From positions 19,544 through 83,543 of the forward strand of contig VFJN01000099.1 in assembly GCA_009886035.1 (NCBI GenBank): a DNA stretch of 64,000 bases. The letters run 5' to 3'. This document shows positions 37,164-45,895 of the stretch, one piece after another. A program made the translations under genes and the position numbers. The stretch's first letter is position 1; every line of letters begins with the position of its first letter. The notes beneath the pieces are model-generated. The model was not told the origin of the DNA. It worked only from the letters and a program-made list of their open reading frames with translations, and ran no database searches. Source of the DNA: Actinomycetota bacterium. GTDB taxonomy: Bacteria > Actinomycetota > Acidimicrobiia > Acidimicrobiales > VFJN01.

Positions 37164-37913
37164 CTAGGACTCGGTCGGGTCCGGCTGTTTTTCGTCCCGC
37201 TCCGCCACCATGGCGGCGAGCCGACCACCCTTCATTGAAATAAACAGGCCCTCCGCCTCGGCACAGAGCACCTCACCGGCCCACAACTCACCGCGGGTCA
37301 GGATCTTGCGGCCGTCCACACTCTCCAATCGGCCCACAAAACGAAGTTCCTCCTCCAGTGGGGTGGGCCGGCGATAGTGCACGGTAAGACGCCCGGTCAT
37401 GCCCGGCGCCCCCGACAGCGACTGGGTGGAGCCGAGTACTTCGTCGAACGCTGCCGCGATGTAGCCGCCATGAACACACCCCGGTGGACCCTCATAAGCG
37501 GGACCGAAGGTGGCCCGACCGGCGATATGGTCTTCCTCGAGCCAGAGTTCAATGGGCGGAGCCAGCGGATTGGCCCGACCCAGCATGGGACTGTGGTCGA
37601 AGAAGGCGAACGGCTCACCGGCGTTAGCCGACTCCGCAAAGCCTTCGTACATCGACTTGTGGGAGTAGGCGCTGAAGCGCGCCCCGGCTTGCTCAAGATC
37701 CTGGGCGACCGCCTCGATCACATCGATCGGCGCGCTCGTCTGCACCATTCGATGCAGTACGCCGCGAATGCCATCGGCAACCCGAAACAGCGCCAGGCGA
37801 CGCGGTGACGCCGGAAGATCACGCAGCGCCTGCATGGCGGCGGGCCACTCGGGGGAGCCACGGGTGGCCGTCAGGGGCGGCAGGGGCGCTCGGTCCTCAT
37901 CGCTCGCATCCAT
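37164..37913 (-). CDS. PaaI-family (hotdog fold) thioesterase
   Basis: GCVHGGYIAAAFDEVLG is the typical PaaI/4HBT motif. 249 aa. Confidence 0.7.
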   Translation of the reverse strand: MDASDEDRAPLPPLTATRGSPEWPAAMQALRDLPASPRRLALFRVADGIRGVLHRMVQTSAPIDVIEAVAQDLEQAGARFSAYSHKSMYEGFAESANAGEPFAFFDHSPMLGRANPLAPPIELWLEEDHIAGRATFGPAYEGPPGCVHGGYIAAAFDEVLGSTQSLSGAPGMTGRLTVHYRRPTPLEEELRFVGRLESVDGRKILTRGELWAGEVLCAEAEGLFISMKGGRLAAMVAERDEKQPDPTES

Positions 37914-38692
37914 CAGGGATCCACCAACTCAACCACAACCGGCGCATGATCCGACGGCCGTGTTCCCTTCCGGGCGTTGCGATCGATGAGGGCCCACCGG
38001 ACTCGGTCGGCCAGGCCGGGCGAACCAAGGATCAAATCGATGCGCATACCGATCCCCTTGTGAAAGTTGCCCGAGCGGTAGTCCCACCACGAGAACAAGC
38101 CCTCCTCGTTCGGATAGGCATCGCGAAACACATCGGTAAGCCCCCAGTCCAACAACTTGGTGAGAGCATCTCGTTCCGGCCCACTGGCGTGCGTGGCCCC
38201 GATAAGGCTCGCCGGATCGGCAACGTCTCGATCAGCCGGCGCGATGTTGAAATCACCGCACACCGCGATGGGCATCGATCGATCGGCGGTGACATCGAGG
38301 TGGGCGAGCAACCGCTCCAGCCAGGCCAGTTTGTAACGATAGTGATCGTCGTCGAGGGTGCGGCCGTTCGGCACATAGACGCTCATCACCCTCACGCCCC
38401 CGCAGGTAGCGGTGATGAGACGAGCTTCCGGATCAGCGGGGTCTCCGTCACCGAAGCCGGACACCACATCATCGAGCCCCACCCGGCTGAGGATGGCCAC
38501 GCCGTTCCAGCGCCCCTCGCCGTGGTGAGCACTTTCGTAGCCGAGGGCCGAGAAGGCCATGGCAGGAAAGGCCGTATCGGCGAGTTTGGTCTCCTGCAGA
38601 CAGACCACATCGGGCTGGCCGGTAATCAACCACTCCTCCACCCGCTCCAGGCGAGCCTTGAGCGAATTCACATTCCACGTCACAAGTCGCAC
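37913..38692 (-). CDS. xthA: exodeoxyribonuclease III
   Basis: MRLVTWNVNSLKARLERVEEWL...CLQETK...GDFNIAP...SDHAPV are the EEP/ExoIII hallmarks. Confidence 0.92.
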   Translation of the reverse strand: MRLVTWNVNSLKARLERVEEWLITGQPDVVCLQETKLADTAFPAMAFSALGYESAHHGEGRWNGVAILSRVGLDDVVSGFGDGDPADPEARLITATCGGVRVMSVYVPNGRTLDDDHYRYKLAWLERLLAHLDVTADRSMPIAVCGDFNIAPADRDVADPASLIGATHASGPERDALTKLLDWGLTDVFRDAYPNEEGLFSWWDYRSGNFHKGIGMRIDLILGSPGLADRVRWALIDRNARKGTRPSDHAPVVVELVDP

Positions 38693-38730
38693 GAAGTGAA
38701 CCTACCCAACCCGGCGAGGCTCGCTGACGC

Positions 38731-38769
38731 GCATGGGGGTGGTCCGATCGAATCGGACCACCCCCATGC
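38731..38769 (-). terminator. 18-bp perfect inverted repeat with 3-nt loop (gcatgggggtggtccgat cga atcggaccacccccatgc)
   Basis: Read directly from the sequence. It lies between the NYN-S1 gene stop (38806) and the xthA start (38692). There is no U-tract, as is frequent in high-GC actinobacteria. Confidence 0.5.
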
Positions 38770-38782
38770 ACAAACGCCATAA

Positions 38783-38798
38783 CCCTGCTGACGCAGGG
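38783..38798 (-). terminator. short GC hairpin ccctgc-tgac-gcaggg just downstream of the NYN-S1 gene stop
   Basis: 6-bp stem and 4-nt loop, 8 nt after the stop codon. Its gctgacgc core is also found at 38723..38730. Confidence 0.35.
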
Positions 38799-38805
38799 AA
38801 GTGGG

Positions 38806-40155
38806 TCAGCGACCCCGGCGGGCCGGAGCCTTACGGGCCGGAGCCTTACGGGCTACGGCCTTCTTCTTCGCCGGAGCCTTTCGGGCTACGGCCTTCTTCT
38901 TGGCCGGAGCCTTACGCGCCGGAGCCTTGCGGGCTACGGCCTTCTTCTTGGCCGGAGCCTTACGGGCCGGAGCCTTACGGGCCGGAGCCTTACGCGCCGG
39001 AGCCTTACGCGCTACGGCCTTCTTCTTGGCCGGAGCCTTACGGGCTACGGCCTTCTTCTTGGCCGGAGCCTTACGCTTCACTGCTTTCTTTGCAGCTGCC
39101 ACCTGTGCCTCCTTATTCATTTGGGTTAGGGAACCGCTTGCCGAAGCCGCTACAGCGGTGTCTCCCACCGCAACAACGACGACACCAGGTATGGCCAGGT
39201 CGACACCGCGGCGCGGGGTGTCGAACGCACAGACCAAGAACTCATAGGGCTGCCCCATGCTGAGCGCGTCACGCGCGCTGCGGGGCGGCGGGTCGGCCAA
39301 GTGAGCCAGCGGCAAGTAGCACCGCGCTCCACCGGCCATCACGTAGGCGCCATGAGAGGCAAACCGCTCAACCTCGCCCGACACCAATGTGCCGACGGGG
39401 TGGGCGCCCACAAACTCGATAAAAGGCAGCGCTTCGTTGTAGGGCTGCACCGCCGCCGCACTGGCGCCGGTACCGGCGCTGCGCCCACCTCGTGAACGGG
39501 AGGTCGCCGCCGTGCCCGTGGCCGCTTTGGCGCCCACCGTGGCCTTGGCGCCCACCGTGGCCTTAGCACCCACCGTGGCCTTGGCACCGGCGGCACGACG
39601 GGCCGCATCGTTGGCCCCCCGCTTCGGCGTGCGCCCCGCCACCGCCTTGGCCGGAGCCTTCACAGGGGCATCGGCCTTCACCGGCGCCTTCTTGGCCGCC
39701 TTCTTGGCATCGCTCACCGAACGGCGGCTGAGCGGGCCCCGCACCGGCGAACGGTCCATGAACACCCAGCCCACATGAGGTACGGGCTTACCCCCCACCA
39801 GACGACCCTGATCAAAGAGCCATCCGTACTGCCCGTGAAACTCTTGAAACGAATCGTTGGATAGCACCACGGCATCGGCCCGGTCGGCGATCTGCAGCAA
39901 GAACGCATCACCTCGACCGATCACACCGGCGGGCGGAGAAATCAATTCACCGGCGTTGATTGCGCCTTCGAATGTGTCGCGTTCCGACGTGTCGATGCGG
40001 TTCGGGAAACTTGCGTCGACGATTACGGTCACAGTTTTGGGCGCGAACTCGTCGACGAAGGAACGCACGGCCTCGTCGAGCTGCTGCAAGCTCGGCAAGG
40101 TGCGTCCCTCGGTTGCGAGGTTGGAACCGTCGATTACGACGTGCTGAACCGTCAT
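38806..40155 (-). CDS. NYN/Zc3h12a-like RNase domain + S1-like RNA-binding domain protein with Lys/Ala/Pro-rich histone-H1-like repeat tail
   Basis: N-terminus VVIDGSNLATEG...GRGDAFLLQIADRADAVVLSNDSFQEF fits the PIN-like NYN pattern. The centre VGTLVSGEVERFASHGAYVMAGG...GQPYEFLVCAFD is S1/OB-like. The linker carries GAKATV x3.5. The last about 95 aa are RKAPA and RKAPAKKKAVA units. Confidence 0.8.
   Translation of the reverse strand: MTVQHVVIDGSNLATEGRTLPSLQQLDEAVRSFVDEFAPKTVTVIVDASFPNRIDTSERDTFEGAINAGELISPPAGVIGRGDAFLLQIADRADAVVLSNDSFQEFHGQYGWLFDQGRLVGGKPVPHVGWVFMDRSPVRGPLSRRSVSDAKKAAKKAPVKADAPVKAPAKAVAGRTPKRGANDAARRAAGAKATVGAKATVGAKATVGAKAATGTAATSRSRGGRSAGTGASAAAVQPYNEALPFIEFVGAHPVGTLVSGEVERFASHGAYVMAGGARCYLPLAHLADPPPRSARDALSMGQPYEFLVCAFDTPRRGVDLAIPGVVVVAVGDTAVAASASGSLTQMNKEAQVAAAKKAVKRKAPAKKKAVARKAPAKKKAVARKAPARKAPARKAPARKAPAKKKAVARKAPARKAPAKKKAVARKAPAKKKAVARKAPARKAPARRGR
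38812..39085 (-). repeat. in-frame tandem repeats (15-nt ggccggagccttacg and 33-nt ggctacggccttcttcttggccggagccttacg units) encoding the RKAPA/RKAPAKKKAVA tail
   Basis: Directly visible near-perfect repeats on the plus strand. They also generate the spurious plus-strand ORFs 38733..39263 and 38801..39247. Confidence 0.9.
39518..39590 (-). repeat. about 3.5 copies of an 18-nt tandem repeat (ggcgcccaccgtggcctt) encoding GAKATV units
   Basis: Consecutive units at 39529..39546, 39547..39564 and 39565..39582, plus partial flanking copies. Confidence 0.85.
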
Positions 40156-40197
40156 TTGGTTATCAAGTCAAGCAGTTGCGCGCGTTGCACCGGAGGA

Positions 40198-40263
40198 TGG
40201 TGCACCAAATCGCGCCAAAAGAACAGGATTAACTTCTACGCGGTGCGCGATGGTGCGCACCAT
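40198..40263. promoter_or_regulatory. two related palindromes (TGGTGCACCA at 40198..40207; ATGGTGCGCACCAT at 40250..40263) in the divergent NYN-S1 / M20 peptidase control region
   Basis: Perfect 10-bp and 14-bp palindromes sharing TGGTGC half-sites. The second overlaps the first possible ATG of the M20 gene, so it may be coding. Confidence 0.3.
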
Positions 40264-41599
40264 TAGTGTCGTAATGATGACCGAGGAAGTCACCGATCTT
40301 CTCCAACACCTCATCCGAAATGAGTGCGTAAACGATGGCGGCGACACATCCGGCCACGAATTTCGCAGCGCCGATCTACTCGAGTCATACCTCGAAGGGA
40401 GCGGCGTGGAACTGGAGCGTTACGAGCCAGCCCCCGGACGCACGAGCCTCGTCGGACGTATCGAAGGCAGCGATCCGACCGCCCCCACTCTTCTTTTGAT
40501 GGGACACACCGACGTCGTTCCGGCGAACGCCGACGGATGGCGGCACGATCCCTTTGGTGGGGAACTGATCGACGGCGAGGTGTGGGGACGCGGCGCGGTG
40601 GACATGCTCAACCTCACCGCGTCGATGGCGGTAGCCACCAAGCACCTGGCTCGAAGTCGTTTTCGCCCCCGAGGCACGCTGATCTACCTCGCCGTGGCCG
40701 ATGAGGAAGCCCAAGGCACCCTCGGAGCCGAACATCTCGTGGCCCATGAAGCTGATGCGGTGCGGGCTGATTACGTCATCACCGAGTCCGGCGGTATCCC
40801 CATCCCCAGCCCTACGGGGCTGAAATTTCCCGTAATCGTTGGTGAGAAGGGCATTTTCTGGGCGACCTTGCGGATCACGGGGACCCCCGGCCACGGCTCG
40901 CAGCCCTACAAGACAGACAACGCTCTGGTGACCACGGCGGCGGTGGTGCAGCGGATAGCGGAGTACCAACCCCGGACCGAGATTCACGATATCTGGCGTC
41001 GGTTCCTGGAGGGAATGGATTACCCGGAGGAGATCGTCGGTCCGTTATTGGACCCCGCCCGTTTCGGGTTGGCCTGCGACAGCCTCCCCGTTGGTATGGC
41101 CCGCCAGTTCCACGCCTGCACTCACACCACCTTCGCCCCCACCATCGTCGAAGGCGGAACCAAGATCAACGTCATCCCCGACCGCGTCGACCTACAGATC
41201 GACATTCGTACCCTTCCGGGCCAGGGCCACTCCGAGGTGCGCGCCATGCTCGATGAGGCCCTCGGCGATCTTGCCCCCAAGGTCGAACTCATCGCCGCCG
41301 ACGACGACCCCTCCACCTCCTCGCCCATCGAGACACCGCTATGGGATGCGCTCGGCCGTGTAACCCAGCAGTTCTACGCCGGTTCGAACATTGTTCCGTT
41401 CATGACCGTCGGGGCTACCGACGCCCGCTTCTTCCGTCGCCTCGGCACCACGTCGTACGGGTTCGGGTTGTTCTCGGAGCACCTGTCTTTTGAGGACTAC
41501 GGCGCTATGTTCCACGGCGACAACGAAAGAATCGACGTTGAGTCGCTCCGGCTCAGCACCGCGATGTGGGAAGCCCTGGCGCAGGACATGCTGGCATGA
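40250..41599 (+). CDS. M20-family metallopeptidase (ArgE/DapE/CPG2-like)
   Basis: LLLMGHTDVVPA, ADEEA and a dimerisation domain. 449 aa from ATG 40250. Alternative starts are the ATGATG at 40274/40277. Confidence 0.85.
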   Translation: MVRTISVVMMTEEVTDLLQHLIRNECVNDGGDTSGHEFRSADLLESYLEGSGVELERYEPAPGRTSLVGRIEGSDPTAPTLLLMGHTDVVPANADGWRHDPFGGELIDGEVWGRGAVDMLNLTASMAVATKHLARSRFRPRGTLIYLAVADEEAQGTLGAEHLVAHEADAVRADYVITESGGIPIPSPTGLKFPVIVGEKGIFWATLRITGTPGHGSQPYKTDNALVTTAAVVQRIAEYQPRTEIHDIWRRFLEGMDYPEEIVGPLLDPARFGLACDSLPVGMARQFHACTHTTFAPTIVEGGTKINVIPDRVDLQIDIRTLPGQGHSEVRAMLDEALGDLAPKVELIAADDDPSTSSPIETPLWDALGRVTQQFYAGSNIVPFMTVGATDARFFRRLGTTSYGFGLFSEHLSFEDYGAMFHGDNERIDVESLRLSTAMWEALAQDMLA

Positions 41600-42231
41600 A
41601 GTTCACGGCGGTGTTCTTCGACTTCGGTGGTGTGGTGCTGTCCAGCCCCTTTGAGGCGTTCAACCACTACGAAACCTCCTGCGGCCTGCCCACCGACTTC
41701 ATCCGCACGGTAAACGCCACCAACCCCGACACCAACGCGTGGGCTCGCTTCGAGCGGAACGAAGTTTCTTTTGACCAGTTTTGCGATCAGTTCGAAGCCG
41801 AATGCCGGGCCGCCGGGCACCCGGTGGTGGCCCGTGAAGTCATGCCCCTGCTGGCCGGCGAAATCCGGCCCGCCATGGTGCAGGCCATTCGGTGCTGCCG
41901 CCGGCGACTCATCACCGCCTGCCTCACGAACAACTGGGCCAGATTCGATGACGGCCCCGCCGATCAAGCATCCAGTGAGGCCCAGGACGCATTGGCCTTG
42001 TTTCACCATGTCATCGAGTCCAGCAAGGTGGGCGTTCGTAAACCGGACCGGCGCTTTTACGAGTTGGCCTGCGAGATGTGTTCCGTGGAGCCCAGCGAGG
42101 TGGTGTTCCTCGACGACCTCGGGGTGAACCTCAAACCGGCCGCCGCTCTGGGCATGACCACCATCAAGGTGATTGACCCCGCGGCGGCGCTCCGCCAACT
42201 CGAGGACCTCGTGGGCTTCCCCCTGGCCTGA
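41596..42231 (+). CDS. HAD-superfamily hydrolase (subfamily IA, epoxide-hydrolase N-terminal-like phosphatase)
   Basis: An ATG at 41596 overlaps the M20 TGA stop (ATGA). MKFTAVFFDFGGVVL is motif I. VVFLDDLGVNL is motif IV. Confidence 0.85.
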   Translation: MKFTAVFFDFGGVVLSSPFEAFNHYETSCGLPTDFIRTVNATNPDTNAWARFERNEVSFDQFCDQFEAECRAAGHPVVAREVMPLLAGEIRPAMVQAIRCCRRRLITACLTNNWARFDDGPADQASSEAQDALALFHHVIESSKVGVRKPDRRFYELACEMCSVEPSEVVFLDDLGVNLKPAAALGMTTIKVIDPAAALRQLEDLVGFPLA

Positions 42232-42233
42232 GG

Positions 42234-42253
42234 CCCGGGGGCTGACCCTCGGG
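42234..42253. terminator. GC-rich hairpin cccggggg-ctga-ccctcggg between convergent HAD and kgd genes
   Basis: 8-bp stem (one G-U pair) with a 4-nt loop, in the 60-nt convergent intergenic gap. Candidate bidirectional terminator. Confidence 0.4.
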
Positions 42254-42291
42254 TCTGACATCCCAAGTACCCGCCGACCGCCGCGTGACGG

Positions 42292-45200
42292 TTAGGAGAA
42301 ATCGAGGACGTGGGCCAGCAGCTGTGCCTGCTCCTGGGCGTGCACGGCGTGGGAACCAGTGGCCGGGCTTCCCGACTCAAAACGCGACACTCGATGGATC
42401 GAGTGGGTATCGCCGAACCGGTCATAGAGCCGGCCCTTCGCAAAGTTCCAGGCACCCATGTTCTCCGGCTCCTCTTGGAGCCACACCAGTTCCCGGGCCC
42501 CGGGGTAGCGCGCCACGATTTCGTCGAGTTGGTCGAACGGCCACGGATAGAGCTGCTCAACCCGCACCACCGCTACCGGTGCGCCGGCCGCATCTCGGGC
42601 CGCCATCGCGTCATGGGCCACCTTCCCGCAGGCCAGCACCACCCGCCGCACCGCCGCGGCATCCGGCCCGCCGGGGTCATCGAGCGTCTCGTGGAACGAG
42701 CCCGTAAGGAGTTCCTCCACGGGTGACCGCATCACCTTGGCCCGCAACAAAGACTTGGGCGTGAACAACACGAGCGGTTTCCGAACCGAACCATGCACCT
42801 GGCGACGCAGGAGGTGAAACAGCTGGGATGCCTGGGTGACGTTGGCCACTTGGATGTTGTCCTCGGCGCAGAGCGTCAAGAAGCGCTCGAGCCGAGCAGA
42901 GGAGTGCTCCGGACCCTGGCCTTCGTAGCCGTGGGGGAGATACATCACGAGCCCCGAGGTCTGCTTCCACTTGTCCTCGGCGGCTACCAGGAACTGATCG
43001 ACGATGGTGGAGGCGCCGTTCCAGAAATCGCCGAACTGGGCTTCCCAGATCACCAGCGATTGGTCGGCTACTACCGAGTAGCCGTACTCAAACCCGAGAG
43101 CGGCGTACTCCGACAACAGCGAGTCGTAGATCCAGAACTTGCCTTGCTCAGCGGCGAGGTGAGCCAGCGGCGTGTATTCCTCGCCGTTGGTGCAGTCGAT
43201 CAGTACGGAGTGGCGATGACTGAAGGTGCCCCGTCGTGTGTCCTGGCCGGCGATACGTAGATCGGTGCCCTCCACGAGAAGGGAGCCATAGGCCATGGCT
43301 TCGGCCAGCGCCCAGTCCACCATTCCTTCCTGGAACATCGCGTCCCGCGCCTCGAACTGCTTGAGCAGTTTCGGATGGACCTGAAACGATTCGGGGTGGG
43401 TGGACAAGGCACCATAAATCTTTTCGACGATCTCCCGGGCCACCCCAGTTTCGATCGGGGGCAGGACGCCCACCGGCGGCCCGGGGACCTGCGCCAGCAC
43501 CTCAACCTCCGGCGCCGATTGACGGGTCTCCTCCAGGGCCGACTGCAGCCGCCCCTGGAAGTCATCCAGCACAACCTCGGCTTCTTCCAGGGAAAGTTGG
43601 CCTCGCTTCACCAGTGCCTCGGTGAACAGTTTCCGCACCGATCGTCTCTCGTTGATCTTGGCGTACATCAATGGCTGGGTGTAGCTCGGATCATCGCCCT
43701 CGTTGTGTCCGTGCCGGCGGTAGCAAACCACGTCGATCACAACGTCCTTGCGGAACCGTTGCCGATAGGCGAAGGCCAAGCGAGCCACTCGCACACATGC
43801 CTCAGGATCGTCGCCGTTTACGTGAAAGATCGGGGCCTGGATGATCTTGGCCACATCGGTGGAGTAGAAGCCCGACCGAGCCGACTCCGGGGTGGTCGTG
43901 AAGCCAATCTGGTTATTCACCACCACGTGCACGGTGCCACCCACGCGATACCCCTTGATGTCGCTCATGTTGAGCGTTTCGGCCACCACACCTTGGCCGG
44001 CGAAGGCGGCGTCGCCATGCATGAGGATGGGCAGCACGGAGAATGCCTCGGGTTCGTTGATGGCATCCTGCATGGCCCGCACCATCCCCACCACCACTGG
44101 GTCCACCGCTTCGAGATGGCTGGGGTTGGCGGCGAGCTCAACGGTGATGTCCTTGCCGGAGCGGGCCACGAACTTCCCCGATTGACCGAGGTGATACTTG
44201 ACGTCGCCGGAGCCCTGTATCGAATCCGGATCCACCTGACCCTCGAACTCCTTGAAGATCTGGTCGTAGCTTTTACCCACGATGTTGGTGAGCACGTTGA
44301 GGCGGCCCCGATGAGGCATGCCCACCACCGACCCGGCCAGGCCCGCATCAGCCGCCGCTTCGAGCACCGCGTCCAGTACCGGGATCACCGACTCGGCTCC
44401 CTCTAGTCCGAACCGCTTCTGCCCCACGTATTTGGTGGCAAGAAACTTTTCGAACGCCTCGGCGGCGTTGAGTCGTTCAAGGATGTAGCGCTGGTCGTCG
44501 AGATCCAGTTCGGGCGACACACCCTCTACCTGCTGCTGGATCCATTCCTGCTCCATCGGGTCCTGAATGTGCATGTACTCGATGCCTATGGTGCGGCAGT
44601 AGGCGTCGCGCAGGACGTGCAGGATGTCGCCCAGCGCCAAGCGCTCCCCGCCGGCTAGCCCCCCGGTGAGAAACTGACGGTCGAGGTCCCAGATCGTGAG
44701 TCCGTAGGTGGCGGGGTCGAGCTCCGCCGGCATGGCGGGCTCCTTCCACCGCAGCGGGTCCAGATCGGCGATGAGGTGACCCCGAACGCGATGCACCCGA
44801 ATGAGGTTGGCCACCGCCATCTGCTTTTCGAGCATCGACCGATCGCGGTCAATAGGGTTGAGATCTCGCCGCCACTGCACCGCCTCATAGGGAACACCCA
44901 GAGCTCGAAAGACCTCGTCGTAAAATCCATCCACCCCCAGCAGGAGGTCCTCCACCCGCTTCAGGAACAGACCCGACTCTGCTCCCTGGATGACGCGATG
45001 GTCATAGGTGGAACTGATCGTGATGACTTTGGAGATGCCCAGTTCGGCCAGGGTTATCGGATCGGCGGCTTTCCACTCCGGAGGAAAATCAAGGCTTCCA
45101 ACGCCCACGATCAGACCTTGACCCGGCATCAGGCGCGGCACCGACTGCTGCGTCCCGATCGTGCCGGGGTTCGTCAGGGTGACGGTGGCGCCCGCGAAAT

Positions 45201-45876
45201 CGTCGGGACTCAACTTGTTGGCGCGTACCTTACGAATCATTTCTTCGTAGGCGCCCCAAAATCCTCGGAAGTCGAGGCCGCTGGCGTGGCGGACCACCGG
45301 CACCAACAGCGTGCGGCTTCCGTCACTTTTTTGAAGATCCACGGCGACCCCCAGGCTCACGCTTTCGGGGCGCACAACGCGGGGATTGCCATCGGCATCT
45401 TGGAGATAGGAGGCGTTCATGGCCGGGGCGGTGTCGCTGATCGCCCGCACCACGGCGTAGCCAATCAGGTGCGTGAAAGACACCTTCCCGCCCCGGGTTC
45501 GGCCGAGGTAGCCGTTGATAATCCGGCGATTGACCTCGAGGAGCTTGGCGGGAACAGACCGAAAACTGGTGGCGGTGGGCAATCCGAGGCTGGCCTCCAT
45601 GTTCGCCACGATCCGCGCCGCCGCCCCTCGAATGGGCTCACCGACGGAGGCCGGCGCGACCGGGGGCGTTGCCGGTTCGACCAGAACAGGCGACGGGGAA
45701 GGGGGGGTCGCCTGGGGATCAGCGTCGCGTTGGTAGTCGTGGAAGAAGTCTTGCCAACTCTCACTTACCGAGGTTGGGTCGGCGAGGTACTGCTCGTGCA
45801 TCTCATCGACGAGCCAGGCATTGGGGCCCAGCGCACTTGCTAACGGGTTACCAGCGGAAGGAAGTTCGGGAGCCAC
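42292..45876 (-). CDS. kgd: multifunctional 2-oxoglutarate dehydrogenase/decarboxylase E1 with N-terminal E2-like acyltransferase domain (Kgd/OdhA type)
   Basis: About 1200 aa. GPNAWLVDEMHEQYLADP start region, an acyltransferase-like segment (DHRVIQGAESG), a ThDP-binding E1 core and a transketolase-like C-terminus. A GTG at 45876 avoids the 70-nt overlap with cysQ that the ATG at 45966 would cause. Start is uncertain. Confidence 0.92.
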   Translation of the reverse strand: MAPELPSAGNPLASALGPNAWLVDEMHEQYLADPTSVSESWQDFFHDYQRDADPQATPPSPSPVLVEPATPPVAPASVGEPIRGAAARIVANMEASLGLPTATSFRSVPAKLLEVNRRIINGYLGRTRGGKVSFTHLIGYAVVRAISDTAPAMNASYLQDADGNPRVVRPESVSLGVAVDLQKSDGSRTLLVPVVRHASGLDFRGFWGAYEEMIRKVRANKLSPDDFAGATVTLTNPGTIGTQQSVPRLMPGQGLIVGVGSLDFPPEWKAADPITLAELGISKVITISSTYDHRVIQGAESGLFLKRVEDLLLGVDGFYDEVFRALGVPYEAVQWRRDLNPIDRDRSMLEKQMAVANLIRVHRVRGHLIADLDPLRWKEPAMPAELDPATYGLTIWDLDRQFLTGGLAGGERLALGDILHVLRDAYCRTIGIEYMHIQDPMEQEWIQQQVEGVSPELDLDDQRYILERLNAAEAFEKFLATKYVGQKRFGLEGAESVIPVLDAVLEAAADAGLAGSVVGMPHRGRLNVLTNIVGKSYDQIFKEFEGQVDPDSIQGSGDVKYHLGQSGKFVARSGKDITVELAANPSHLEAVDPVVVGMVRAMQDAINEPEAFSVLPILMHGDAAFAGQGVVAETLNMSDIKGYRVGGTVHVVVNNQIGFTTTPESARSGFYSTDVAKIIQAPIFHVNGDDPEACVRVARLAFAYRQRFRKDVVIDVVCYRRHGHNEGDDPSYTQPLMYAKINERRSVRKLFTEALVKRGQLSLEEAEVVLDDFQGRLQSALEETRQSAPEVEVLAQVPGPPVGVLPPIETGVAREIVEKIYGALSTHPESFQVHPKLLKQFEARDAMFQEGMVDWALAEAMAYGSLLVEGTDLRIAGQDTRRGTFSHRHSVLIDCTNGEEYTPLAHLAAEQGKFWIYDSLLSEYAALGFEYGYSVVADQSLVIWEAQFGDFWNGASTIVDQFLVAAEDKWKQTSGLVMYLPHGYEGQGPEHSSARLERFLTLCAEDNIQVANVTQASQLFHLLRRQVHGSVRKPLVLFTPKSLLRAKVMRSPVEELLTGSFHETLDDPGGPDAAAVRRVVLACGKVAHDAMAARDAAGAPVAVVRVEQLYPWPFDQLDEIVARYPGARELVWLQEEPENMGAWNFAKGRLYDRFGDTHSIHRVSRFESGSPATGSHAVHAQEQAQLLAHVLDFS

Positions 45877-45895
45877 TCTAGGGAGCGTAGCGGCG

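Noticed and set aside
38733-39263. Plus-strand ORFs 38733..39263 and 38801..39247 with striking repeats (PEPYG.. / GALRA..).
   Set aside because: They are mirror images of the tandem DNA repeats that encode the Lys-rich tail of the minus-strand NYN-S1 gene. The minus-strand frame continues into recognisable domains; these frames do not.
38812-39590. Possible CRISPR array, because of the regularly spaced direct repeats.
   Set aside because: The repeat units are 15-33 nt, contiguous without unique spacers, in-frame inside a CDS, and no cas genes are present.
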